The notes under the pieces: model-generated
The model's database searches: none
The model's input: the letters and a program-made list of their open reading frames with translations, nothing else
What the model was told of the DNA's origin: nothing
From: Octopus sinensis
Lineage: Eukaryota
Reading direction: 5' to 3'
NCBI RefSeq assembly: GCF_006345805.1
Contig: NC_043019.1
Location: forward strand, 29,821,360-29,885,359
Length of the DNA stretch: 64,000 nucleotides
Program-made: the position numbers and the translations under genes
In this document: piece after piece, positions 11,399-24,451 of the stretch
Numbering within the stretch: the first letter of the stretch is position 1
Layout: every line of letters begins with the position of its first letter

Positions 11399-14115
11399 CA
11401 TACATGTGTCACCTGGTAGGTATAACAGAAAATATGTAGCTAGTTTGACCAGCAAAATAAACAATAGGCCCGGCAGATGTTTAACTCATTACAGTTCCAG
11501 CATAGTAAACAACATACAGGAATGTCATTAAAAATTTTGTCTTTGGTGCCTTTTCTCTAACAGATATTAGTATAGATGATGCACCCACTAGCAATCCAAT
11601 GACTATAAGACAACCAAAATAATGGTTGTAGGAATGGCTATGGAGTGTGAACATGGTGACAAATTCAGTCCACACAACAACTCACGTGAACTGCTAAGCA
11701 GATTCACTTGACTTAAATATTTTCTTTTCTGTCATTCACTATAATGAGATATTGTTTTATAAATGATAAGTATTTTGTACATTTTCTGGCATACAAACCT
11801 ATGTAGTATATAGTGTGTATAAGTTGACTTGTGTGCCAGGAAACATGGGAATAACAAAAACAAGTTCTTAGTGTGTTTATCAGATTTGAATGGGTTAATT
11901 GCTTGCCGATATCATCAATCCTTGACAGTATTCTGTTTACTGTTACTGTTATTTTTACATATAAACACAATTGATTCAGGTTTGATTCCTAAGCAGTGAA
12001 CTTGTGTTTGGGATTCTGCCAAATATTCCTGCCACAAGACTCTGTAAAGGTAACTGGTTGCTTCTTTACACTTTTGGGGTGCAACTTGGGTGCAACACAA
12101 TTTCCTTTCTTTTTGTTTCTAGAAACTACCAGTCAGGAACGAAAAGCAAGTTTAGAAATATATAATTCTTTATTCTCTTATTCAACAATGAAACACGATG
12201 ATATACTGGTATCCATTCTTACAACAATTCAGCAGCAATAGATAGGTTAAATCCCAAGCGTCTGGGACAGGAGAATAGGTTGTTCACACGTATGAAAATA
12301 CGTCCTTTCTCTTCGATCACCGTGCCTCAAGTCGTCGAACGCTATTAAGGAACGCTATAGAATTTATTCTTCAGTCTCTTGCGCATGTGCATGGGGAAAC
12401 TTCCTTATGCCTTTCCAGAAGGTTCCAACCCCGCACATGCACACTGAAGAAAGACGTCCCGCACACGCACACTGAAGAATGACGTTGCGTGTGCGCACAC
12501 TGGAACATGACGTCACTACAACTCTTTCCAGTGAAATGACTGGAAATGGTGAAGTGAATGAAATGGGAAAACTGCAGGAAGTGTAAATATGAAGTACGAG
12601 CAAAACGCCCACCCCCGTCCAATGGACAGTGCTGAGTTTAAACCAAATTTTCTCAAAAGAACTTGTCCGACCGTCCCATAGGCATCCCCTTTGAGAAACA
12701 CTGATTTAACCTAAATTTGAGACACCAGCAAAAGAAGAAATTAAAGATAGACTTTTTTTCTATTCCAAAGAAAAATGGTTTTATTCACACAAATATGCAA
12801 CCGAAGAGTTTAAAGTAACATTAATGATAAGGCTGTTGACTGGGAGAACACAAACATGGTTTAAACAGTAAGCTTGGCAGGAGAGAAACGTGCCTTTAAG
12901 CAGTACAAAAACAACAAAAAAATGGAAGGTGCAGTTATGTACAGGTTGACGGAAGAAAAGCAGGACAAAAACGGCTTTATCGATCGCATTCTCACCTGGA
13001 ATCAATTTTTGTAATTTTTTCAAGACTTATACACGCCCTGATACCGTCGATATCTACATACCAAATTTGAGCACAATCGGATGGAGGGTGCCCAAGATCC
13101 TAGAAGACACACACACAGACAGACAGAACGGATTTTATATAATAGATGTGCAGGAATATGCATCAGAATGGATGAATGCAAGAGTAGGAGTGTTGGCTAA
13201 ATTGTATAGACCAGGTGGTCTAACTAAAAAGAAGTGGAACATTGGCTGAAGCTATTTTCTGTGCACATTGCAGTACTGTCTTATATGTGAAATACTGTAA
13301 AAACTTGAGATGTAAGAACTTGCATAGCCAGGAGTGTGGAAAATATGCAAGAGAATCCAGGATTATAGTTGAATATTAGCCCAGAGTGTGAAGACACATA
13401 GCTTAGTGCAGCATTTTTCAAACTGTGGGTCCCAACCCTTCAGTGAGTCGTGAAATAAATAAAAGGGATTACGACAGAAAAGTTTGAAAAATGCTGGCTT
13501 AGTGGTTAGGGTGTTGGACTCATGATTATAAGATTGTGGTTTCAATTCCTAGACTGTGTGAAGTGCTGTGGTCTTGAATAAAACACTTCATTTCATGTTG
13601 CTCCAGTCCAACTAGCTGGCAAAATGAGTAATCTTGTGATGGATGGGCACCTACAGAATCTTTTTCTACACTAGGTACAAGGCCCAAACTTTTGGGGAAA
13701 AGGGCCAGTCGATTAGATTGATACCCAGTATGCAACTGGTACTTAATTTATCAACCTTGAAAGGATGAAAGGCAAAGTCGACCTCGGTGGAATTTGAACT
13801 CAGAGCATTAGGACAGACAAAATACCACTAAGAATTTCGCCCAGCTCACAGAATCTGTGAAACCACCCTTATGGGTCTATATGACTCAGAAAGGAGTTAT
13901 TAGGCTACTGTATAATTCTTAAGATATTAGGAAAGAAAACCTGTAGATTTGCGAATTCATGTGTATATGTGAATCAGGTGTATGAAACCAAATGTGTTCA
14001 ATTTCTAGGCAGTAAGTAAAAGTTTGGAACTCTGCCAGATATTCCTGCTACAACTACCTTACAAAGTCTACATTTTCCATGCAGCCATTGCAACAGTAAT
14101 TTTGATTTATCTTTC

Positions 14116-14503
14116 ACTAGCAGTATCACCCGGCGTTGCTCGGGTTTGTAAGGGAAATAACTATATAAGCATTTTTAACTATATAAGCATCTCAATATGG
14201 CTAACCACAAAGGGGGGGTGTTACTGTAGCTTTTTACGTTCTGAGATTTAATAATAAATTTTTAGAGAGTTACTTCCCTTATATATGCCAAAAATGCATT
14301 AAAAATGGGAAAAGCTGATGGTAAATTCTTTTTAAAATCGTAGACTCATCGTAGACGCGCGCTAATACCCAGAAGGGCTCGATATGAATCACGACTATAA
14401 GATACCCGGTTTTGGTTAAACTGCACCGCAAAATGTGGGAGTAGTTAGGAATCTAAATCGTAGGAGACAGACAGCACACAACCTTACTTTTATATATAAA
14501 GAT
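14116..14503 (+). mobile_element. Non-autonomous Helitron-like (Lep1/DINE-type) element
   Basis: 5' ACTAGC...CCCG-GCGTTGCT-CGGG hairpin, 3' ACAGACAG...TTTTATATATAAAGAT, and no TSD. Nearly identical to 50233-50610. The class assignment is inferred from end structure. Confidence 0.65.
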
Positions 14504-14641
14504 TTGTTGCAGTCATTAGACTGCAGCCATATTGTGGCACCACCTTGAAGAAATTTTGACAAACCAATCAATCCAGGTACTTATTATGCTTTTGTAAAAC
14601 CTGGCATTTATTCTATCAGTGTCTTTTGTTGAATGGCTAAG

Positions 14642-14806
14642 TTACAGGAACATAAACACACCAATACTAGATGTGAAGTGGTGATAGGGGACAAAATTAC
14701 AGGAACATAAACACACCAATACTAGATGTGAAGTGGTGGTAGGGGACAAAATTACAGGAACATAAACACACCAATACTAGAAGTGAAGTGGTGGTAAGGG
14801 ACAAAC
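14642..14806. repeat. 55-bp unit x3 tandem duplication inside a SINE copy
   Basis: TTACAGGAACATAAACACACCAATACTAG... starts at 14642, 14697 and 14752. Confidence 0.9.
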
Positions 14807-16007
14807 GGACACAAAAACACACACACGAACATACACACACACACACACACACATATACAATGGGCTTCTTCAGTTTCCATCTACCAAACTCACTCACAAG
14901 ACTTTTGTCTCCCTGAGGCAAAAGTTCAGACACTTACCTTTATCTGACATGTGGCGTACTCTGTTTTTGTTGTTGTTGTTGCTGTAGTTTAGTCTCAGGT
15001 CAGCCCTAATTCAGTAGTCGTATAAACAAGAGTTCCAACCATGACTCACTCATCTATTTAGGAGTGTGGTGGACTACATTATTTAATATGTCCTCTCTGT
15101 ATGTATATGTGTGTGTGTGGTGTGTGTGTGTGTGTGTGGTGTGTGTGTGTGTGTGTGTGTGTATATGTTTGTGCGTCTGTGTTTTTCCTTCCAACATCGC
15201 TTGACAACCGATGCTGGTGTGTTTATGTCCCTGTAACTTAGCGGTTCAACAAGAGAGACCAACACACTAAGTCCTGGGGTTGATTTGCCAGGTGCCATGC
15301 AGAGGGACTCAACCTGGAACCATGTGAATGGGAAGCAAACTGCTTACCATACAGTCACACCTGCACCTACAATTATTTGCAAATTCTTTTTCACCTGAGC
15401 ACTGTACACAATGTTTATTATTATTATTATTATTATCAATCCAACAGGTTTCCAGCTACCTAATCCTCAACCTTATATGGCATACTCATCAAACCGCTAC
15501 ATCAGACCTTTGCAGCTATATGCCATCCAATTCATTTCGATAACCATTTTTTTTGTTTTTTTTCAATGTACACAAACGTGACATCTTATTTTAAGTTACT
15601 AAACACAATTTACAGTGGATAGGGCACCCAGGAGAAATGTTTGGATAGAAAATACCTGGCCTAAAACTGGCCTCTTCTTGTTTCTTCTGCATTAACCTGA
15701 AATATACTGGTCTCTCCTTGTTTATCTTATACATATACATGCATACACACACACATATATACAGATATATATATGTGTGTATATATGAATAATTAATTTA
15801 TATATACATATACATGCATACACACACACACATATATATACAGATATATGTGTGTATATATGAATAATTAATTTTTATATATATATACACACACACACAC
15901 ATATATATACATATCTATATGTATATGTGTGTATGTATATATATATACATACACACACACACACACATATATATGTACATACAAACATACACACACACAC
16001 ACATGTA

Positions 16008-16081
<74 letters not shown>

Positions 16082-16267
16082 ACATTTGTTTGTGTGTGCA
16101 TGCGAGTATGTGTGTGTATGTGTGTCTATGTATGAGTATGTGTTAGTGAATGTGTGCATGTATGTATGTGTGTGTGTGTGTATGTATGTGTATGTATAAA
16201 TGTGAGTGTGTGTGTGTATGCGTATGTTGTTGTATTAGTAGTGGTGGTGATGATGATGATAGTGGTG

Positions 16268-16314
<47 letters not shown>

Positions 16315-16812
16315 TTCAGTAGTAGGTGGTTTGGTTAGTGAAGCAGAGGTCGAGTTAACGATGTAACACAACGTCAATTATTAATCGGAGTGAAGTTAAG
16401 TGAATTACTTGATGTGTGAATTTTTTTTTAATGTTTCAAAGTGAATGTGGTGCATCTATTTTATTATTCAAGGTTAGTCTTAGGATGATTCTCTATTAAT
16501 GAATCATCAACAACAACAACAACAGTAGCACCACCACCACCACCACCACCACCACCACCACCGTCCCACCCTCACCACCATTCCGACTCCAACATTGTAA
16601 TCATCATCATCGCCATTGTCGTTGTCAGTTATAACAAACTGGTAAAGCACCATTTAACATTTACTATATATGTCAGTATATGATACACACACACACACAC
16701 CACACACACACACACAAGTAATACTTTATTCTGAAGCGGATGTATGGTGAGTTCTAACACCAGGTTATTAGTATCACCATGCCTAAGTGAAATCATAAAA
16801 TACAAATACACA

Positions 16813-16849
<37 letters not shown>

Positions 16850-17084
16850 GCACGCATGCACACATACACACACATACAAACTTACGAACACACATTCACA
16901 CAGACATATATATAGGTGCAAGAGTGGTTGTATGGTAAGTAGTTTGCTCACCAACCACATGGTTCCAGGTTCAGTCCCACTGCGTAGTACCTTGGGCAAA
17001 TGTCTTCTACTATAGCCTCGGGCTGACCAAAGCCTTGTGAGTGGAAATTGAATGGAAATTGAAAGAGGCCTGTCACATGTATAT

Positions 17085-17117
<33 letters not shown>

Positions 17118-17375
17118 GCATATGTTTGTGTGTCTGTGTTTGTCTCCTACCCCATCGTTTGACAACTGATGTTGGTGTGTTTACATCCCCATAACTTAGC
17201 AGGTCAGCAAAGAGACCAATAGAATAAGTACTAGGCTTACAAAGAATAAGTCCTGGGGTTGATTTGTTCGATTAAAGGCAGTGCTCCAGCTTGGTTGCAG
17301 TCAAATGACTAAAACAAATAAAAGAATATATGTGTGTGTGTGTACGTGTATATATATATGTGCGTGTATGTATAC

Positions 17376-17413
<38 letters not shown>

Positions 17414-17714
17414 ATCTATACGTATATATAAATATATACAAAAAAAATCAAGAATTTTTGTAATTTTCATCTGTCTTGCCCGCCTATGTTCTGGTGTTCG
17501 CTGAATTTTCTCTGGAGAACATTCTTTCTTTGTAGTTAGATCGTATGTGATCTTTTTCTAGCATATGGCTATCCACCTAGTGGATTTTTAGCCCTAAATA
17601 TACACATGTATTGAATTTTTTCTGATTTTTCAGATTTTTTATATGCTAGGCTACTGGTTTTAAATTGATATCAATTAAATTAATATTCAATTTATCTCCC
17701 TCATTATTTAAATG

Positions 17715-17751
<37 letters not shown>

Positions 17752-18117
17752 CAAATTGAGATAGGGGTTGTAAATGCAACCCTCCATGGGATAACATATA
17801 TCCAATATACTGCTAGTTAATACATAAATGTTAAGAATTGCAATGCAATTAATTCATTTACTGTATTATATGGGCAAAGGTAAAATGTTTTACCACAAAT
17901 TAATAATACAAAATAAGAAAATGGAGAAATACATCTAAATCAATTATCAACGACCAGATAATATTGTACCATATTACTCCTTCATGTACACTGTTTTGTT
18001 CTATATTAATAAGTTTGACCTTAATGTTCATATGTAGTGGTTTAATAAATTATGTGATTGGGTATTATCTGGTAGTTGATAATTGATTTAGATGTATTTC
18101 TCCATTTTCTTATTTTG

Positions 18118-18169
<52 letters not shown>

Positions 18170-19039
18170 TGTATGTATGTATAAAACATACTTAATGCAC
18201 ACACACACACACACATAGAATAATAAAAAGAAAGCTATTGAAGATGCAGTCTAGGCAGGTTTTATAACTCACCTTTTGTCTCCAAGCAACCTGCAGGCTC
18301 AAAGTACATGGCTTCTCCAATTTACAAATCAGGATGCTAGAACAATAGAAATCATGAGAAGAAACTGAAAAAGTGGATGCAAAAAGTGGAAGGGTGAAAG
18401 AAAAACAGAAAAATAAAGAAAATATGAGTTACGTCCCCTTAGACCATAACACCATGATAAAGTTAGCTGTAGAATGAATCAATGGAGAGGGGTCCAAAGT
18501 TTGCAATGCACCTGCTCAATCCAGAGAGGGTGGTGTCCTCCAATTCATCAAAAGAAATTTGTCAATATACTCTTTTACTTTTTTAATTGTTTCAGTCATT
18601 TGACTGCAGCCATGCTGGAGCACCGCCTTTAATCGAGCCAATCGACCCCAGGACTTATACTTTGTAAGCCCAGTACTTATTCTATCAGTCTCTTTTGCCG
18701 AACCGCTAGGTGACAGGGATGTAAACACACCAGCATCAGTTGTCAAGCAATGCTAGGGGCACAAACACAGACACACAAACATACACACACATACACATAT
18801 ATATACATATATACGACAGGCTTCTTTCAGTTTCCATCTACCAAATCCATTCACAAGACATTGGTCAGCCCGAGGCTATAGCAGAAGACACTTGCCCAAG
18901 ATGCCACGCAGTGGGACCGAACCTGGAACCATGTGGTTGGTAAGCAAGCTACTTACCACACAGCCACTCCTGTGCCTATGTTTGCATTTGCTGAAAATTT
19001 CTGATCTGGAATTCAACAGTGCGGTGGAATTAGATCTAA

Positions 19040-19400
19040 AAAAGATATGTGATCTCTCAGTTATGCATAAGTTGCATTTTTAGATCCATTAACATATGGC
19101 ATGGCTTTCTCTACAATTTCCCACTTGATTGTATGTAGTATGGATTTGATCTTCACACCTCATACATGGCTAACCAACTTAGTGGCTTTACTTTTGTCGA
19201 TGTGCTGGAAAGAAGATATGTGATTTGAAGTTGCCTTTGCATAACCTGATGTAATTCTTCTCTTTATTTAGGTTATCATGTCCTGTTGATGTGACTTTTG
19301 CTTTATATATGATGGAATTTACCATGCACACCTGGAGCTTGCCCACTTGACCAGGCATGTACGATAAACTGTGTCATATATAAGGCAGAAGGCACAGCAA
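19040..19400 (-). mobile_element. Penelope-like retroelement, decayed GIY-YIG endonuclease
   Basis: CMVNSIIYKAKVTST...KNYIRLCKGNFK...SFQHIDKSKATKLVSHV*...IKWEIVEKAMPYVNGSK shows the GIY-YIG spacing and the W.I...A.PY..GSK.C tail of PLE endonucleases, with frameshifts. Confidence 0.72.
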
Positions 19401-20889
19401 TGTTACATGATAGCCACTCTTAAATACTTTTTAATGCAAGTTCCATTCTTACAAATTGCAAACGTTTGGACTAGATCTTGGGTCTGAGAATAATTCAATA
19501 TCATGATGAGTTGCTTTCCTAGTGAAGCAATTCATGAATCATAACATTTTCACCTCCTTTCTACCACCACCACCATAGCCACCATTGTCACTGCGACCAC
19601 TATTGCTGCTGTCACCACCTCCACCACTACCTTTGCCTCCACCTCCACGACCACCTCAGCCACCACCACCACCAGTGACAGAAACCCTGAAAAGGTCATG
19701 GCTCTTTTCCCTTAACACTTTTCCTCCTTCTCTAAGTCATAATTGTTTTCTTAGACAGCTTTCTCTAATTAAATGTCTAAATGTCTACGATGACTTGTTA
19801 ATAAGATTATAAGTTTTCAGGCTATTAACCTCATATTTAGATGAGAGGAAACAATTTTTTACTTTTGTAGTATTTACCTCCACATTATATCAGTGGCCTA
19901 GATTGGTTTGAGTGTCATCTGGATTTTCTTTTTTTTTTTTTGTTACATGATCCTACTTCAAAATCAGTTTTGTAAAATATTGTGTACACATCCAGGAATT
20001 AGACTCTACATGATGTTCAGACATCACACTGATCTAAATATAGGTGCCATGCTATAGGACTGAACTCAGATTACAACCGGAGATCAACTTTTGTTGTACA
20101 TAATGGTGCAGGAGTGGCTGTGTGGTAAATAGCTTGCTTACCAACCACATGGTTCCAGGTTCATTCCCACTGCGTGGTACCTTGGGTGAGCGTCTTCTAC
20201 TATAGCCTCGGGCCGACCAAAGCCTTGTGAGTGGATTTGGTAGACGGAAACTGAAAGAAGCCCATCGTATATATGTATATATATACATATATGTATGTGT
20301 GTGTGTGTATCAGTGCGTGCGCACGCGCGCGTGTGTGTGTGTGTGTGTGTGTGTATGTATATGTTTGTGTTTCTGTGTTTGTCTCCCCAACATTGCTTGA
20401 CAACCGATGCTGGTGTGTTTACGTCCCCGTAACTTAGCGGTTCGGCAAAAGAGACCAATAGAATAAGTACTAGGCTTCCAAAGAATAAGTCCTGGGTCGA
20501 TTTGCTCGACTAAAGGTGGTGCTCCAGCATGGCCACAGTCAAATGACTGAAACAAGTAAAAGAGTAAAAAGAGAGTAATGGAAATTCTTTAGTCTCTGAA
20601 GAGAAGGTTAATACCATCAAACCTCAATTTATCTGACCCAAATTTCAGGTTATCTGAACAAGGTCTTCAGTTTTGGAGAATACTCTATTAGTCACACTGT
20701 GTATTACCTGAACTTGAGAATAATACAGGTGTTCCTGTTTCATCTATTGTTTCACCCTGCTCCAGCAATGCTGTCTGTACTGGCTTGGTCATGTACATGG
20801 GAGGATGTAACCATTGTTGTGGTCGATGCTGCTGGCACATTAAAAACAACCTTCAAATGTTGGGTCTTATGGAGACAATCCTGACTGAG

Positions 20890-21720
20890 GCCTTTGGCAA
20901 TATACCATACTTGATGGGAGGATCCTAAAAGACCTCCTGTATGGGGAATTGGCCAGTGGCACAAGAGTGCAAAGATGGCCAGATCTTCGTTTCAAGGACA
21001 TCTGCAAGAGAGACATGAGGTCGTTTGATTTGGACATCCTGAGATGAGAGGAGGTTGCAAATGATCACCAATGCTGGAGACAAATATTAATAAAAGGGGA
21101 TGAAGTGAGGAGAAGAAAAACAGGAACTAGAAATGTGGGTCACATATCGATATCACCTTAACCCTTTAGTATTTAAACCGGCCATATCTGGCCAAAATAT
21201 TTAATCTGTTTTATGTTCAAACTGACCAGATCCAGGCTCTCACACCTACCCTACAATGTTATTCTACATTAAGTAATTACACCATCAAGATCTTGAAGAT
21301 ATGGGATAATGCATGATTAATTCAAATCAATGTGAATCAATAAGCATTATGTTTGATAGAATAATCTGAACGCTAAAGGGTTAAACAACTGGAACATTTC
21401 CATCAGATGTGTCTCAGACGGATCTATGGCATTAAGTGGAAGGACCGCATCAGTGATCTTGAAATATTGGAAGGCTCTCGGTGTGAAAGTATAGAAGCTC
21501 TTGTGTTAAAGCAAAGGCTCAGATGCACTTGGAAGAAGAAAAAACAAGGAGCACTGGCAGAGAGCTCCTTCAAATTGCAGTCGCTGTGTGCATGACTGCC
21601 ACTCTCATGTGGGCTGCTACAGCCACAACAGATGCTGCACCACCATCAACAGCTGACCTTATTTCTTTCAGGTGCAGATCCTTGACCCCTCAAGACTGAT
21701 GGATGCCTACCATTGTTTCA
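20890..21720 (+). mobile_element. Two RTE-clade LINE 3' fragments (20890-21110 and 21385-21720) separated by the piggyBac MITE
   Basis: DGRILKDLLYGELASGTR...LRFKDICKRDM and HFHQMCLRRIYGIKWKDRI..., plus a Cys/His-rich C-terminal remnant. Confidence 0.78.
21162..21380 (+). mobile_element. piggyBac-type MITE, 219 bp
   Basis: TTAA on both flanks; TIR CCCTTTAG...CTAAAGGG; lies between two RTE remnants. Confidence 0.82.
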
Positions 21721-24451
21721 TCTTTTGTTTACAATGTTTAAAAGTAAATTTGAATTATTGGAAGGACATTTAAAAACATAGCATCAAAGAGGGACTATTA
21801 ACCATGATCTGATGATAGCGGCCTTTGTTTTCAGGTATTAAAAGTACCAAGTGTCAGTCAGTCAGTCAGTCTTGCTAGTTTGATCTCAGTTGGTCATTTT
21901 TAAACAGTCTTAAAATAATTTTAACATAAAAAAATGATTGACGTAACTGAAGTATATGAAAAGCATGGAAAAGTTAGTGATGTCTTTATTCTTTGTAAGA
22001 CTTTGTTCTGAGTGTATTGCTGTTACAAGTAATTGAGTGTGTTGCTGTTACTATGTCTGTGAAGGAAATTCAAACACCATTGACAATTGAACGGAAAAAG
22101 CAAGATTTTAACTGTGTCTGGAGTGTGGTGAAAAAGCACCAAACACTGTATAAAAGCAGAGCATTTTATTGATTAAAAGATATCAAACTATGTAAATATA
22201 TGTTTTTCTTTTTTTATGTAATTACGTTTACGATAGCTCTGTTTATTGGCTCAGCGGTTAGAGTGTCGGGTTCGCAATCACGAGGTAGTGAGTTTGATTC
22301 CCAGACCAAGCTCTGTGTTGTGTTCTTGAGCAAGACACTCACTCAGCCGTAGAAAGGAGTTGTGACATCACTGATGCCAAGCTGTATCAGCCTTTGCCTT
22401 TCCCTTGGATAAGGGATGCTCGTATGCATGGGCAACTACTGGTCTTTCTTAAACAACTTTGCTTGGACTTGTGCCTTCGAGGGTAACCTTCTTGGTTGCA
22501 ATCCCATGGTCATTCATGACCAAAGGAGGTCTTTACCCATTACTCTTTTTAGCTCTTTTCATTTGCAGTCAAATATCAGAACAAATATTCCCTGTTTATT
22601 TCATTAAGATTGTCATGAACTCTCCTGTTGGGGATGACAGGTGAGGCTTCTGAAATTCCTTGCTGAACTATCTGCACAGATGATTTGTTTATAGTTATCA
22701 AATGTCTGGGCTATACGTGAGCTTACTCTCTCCATCAAATCGACATTGCCTGTACAGGTTGCAGAGTATGCCACATGTCAGATGTCAAAGTGGTTGCAGA
22801 ACAACGTGAGATGAAGCATTTTGCTCAAGAACGCAATGCACTACCCAGTCCAAGAATCAAAACTACAATCTCAGGATTATGAGTGCAATATCCTAACCAC
22901 TAGGCCATGCCAGTGGTGCAGCTAATTGGGAAGTAAGGGGAGTGACCACTTCCACCAAGCACATTTTACAAAATCAATATTTTTTCAAAAATTTTTTTAA
23001 CTCATTAGTTCACTTACTCTTGTTTCAGTCATTTGACTGTGGCCATGCTGGAGCACCACTTTTAGTCGAGCAAATCGACCCCAGGACTTATTCTTTGTAA
23101 GCCTAGTACTTATTCTATCGGTCTCTTTTGCCGAACTGCTAAGTAAACACACCAGCATCGGTTGTCAAGCGATGTTGAGGGGACAAACACAGACACACAA
23201 ACATATACACACATACATATATATATATATATATACATATATACGATGGGTTTCTTTCAGTTTCCATCTACCAAATCCACTCACAATGCTTTTGTTGGCC
23301 CAAGGCTATAGTAGAAGATACTTGCCCAAGGTGCCACTCAGTGGGACTGAACCTGGAACCATGTGGTTCATAAGCAAGCTACTTACCACATAGCAACTCC
23401 TACGCCTTGTGGATGAAAGTTGCATCGCATTTCTTTTAGTTAATCACATGACCACAGAAGAACTTCCTAAAGTCATTATTCTATTTGACAAACCTCCTCT
23501 GTTTTTGAATTGCCTGATCAATCTTTTGTGATGTGATAGTGACTGCTGACATCTGAAGAATGACAACAAATCCTGACATCATAACCTTCTGACACTGAAC
23601 AATCCCGTGGTGTTTTATCTTCTTCATGTCACACCTATGTCAGATGTTGTAAATTTCATACATGATAACATTGATACTGAAACATGAAATTAATGAATGT
23701 AAAATACAATTATGTATATCATAACTTAAGTGGAGGCGCAATGGTCCAGTGGTTAGGGCAGCGGACTCGCGATTGGAGGATCGCGGTTTTGATTTCTAGA
23801 CTGGCACCTGTACCGGTGGCACGTAAAAAGCACCCACTACACTCACTGAGTGGTTGGCATTAGGAAGGGCATCCAGCTGTAGAAACAGACTGGAGCCTGG
23901 TTCAGCCTCCTGGCTTCACAGACCCCGGTCGAACCGTCCAACCCATGCTAGCATGGAAAACGGACATTGAATGACGATGATGATGATGATGAATTAATGA
24001 TCCTGAAATATAATTCTTATAGTTTTGGCTCTGTCAGGAAATTCTTTCTTTATTTCTTATTGAGGGTACCATTAAGAGAATACTGTAGGACTACATTATC
24101 TAATTGATCTTTTCATTATTTCAGACAGCAGATGTGAAGCAGATTTGGTCGACATATCTAGTTAGTTAAACAACCTAGGGGTTGATAAATAAAGTGCCAG
24201 TCAAGTACTGGTGCTGATTCTTCTCTCTTTCTATCTTTTACACTTTCTCTCACAATATTCCTCTCTCACTCTGTTCTCCCCCCCCCTCCCAGAATCTGCT
24301 CTGCTGCTCTGTGTGAGTTTTATGGAGGACTGTTCACTGTGCTCTTTCCCTTTTTGAAATGGGAAAAGTTTGAGTGAGGGGCTTACCCTGTCCTCTCATC
24401 AAGCATGTTACAAAAAGCTGAAAGAAACCAGAAAACATGGTGGGCATGGAT

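Noticed and set aside
11554-11612. Plus-strand acceptor (ttttctctaacag) with short frame DISIDDAPTSNPMTIRQPK* as an alternative DNAJC21 last exon
   Set aside because: It needs a phase-1 donor, whereas the DNAJC21 penultimate exon ends in phase 0, and the true last exon already has a stop and poly(A) signal.
15868-16377. Many stacked ORFs of YIYI/VCVC/HTHT/poly-T/poly-V type (also 31.6-32.0, 38.7-40.0 and 60.2-60.5 kb)
   Set aside because: Translations of di- and trinucleotide microsatellites.
19159-19204. Exon-like segment (ttccag|...TSTKVKPLSWLAMYE|gtgtga)
   Set aside because: It lies inside a decayed Penelope GIY-YIG coding region read in another frame.
23731-23800. tRNA-like sequence with A and B boxes (also 22253, 55130-55215 and all SINE heads)
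   Set aside because: No complete cloverleaf could be formed, and each runs into SINE body sequence. These are retroposon heads, not tRNA genes.
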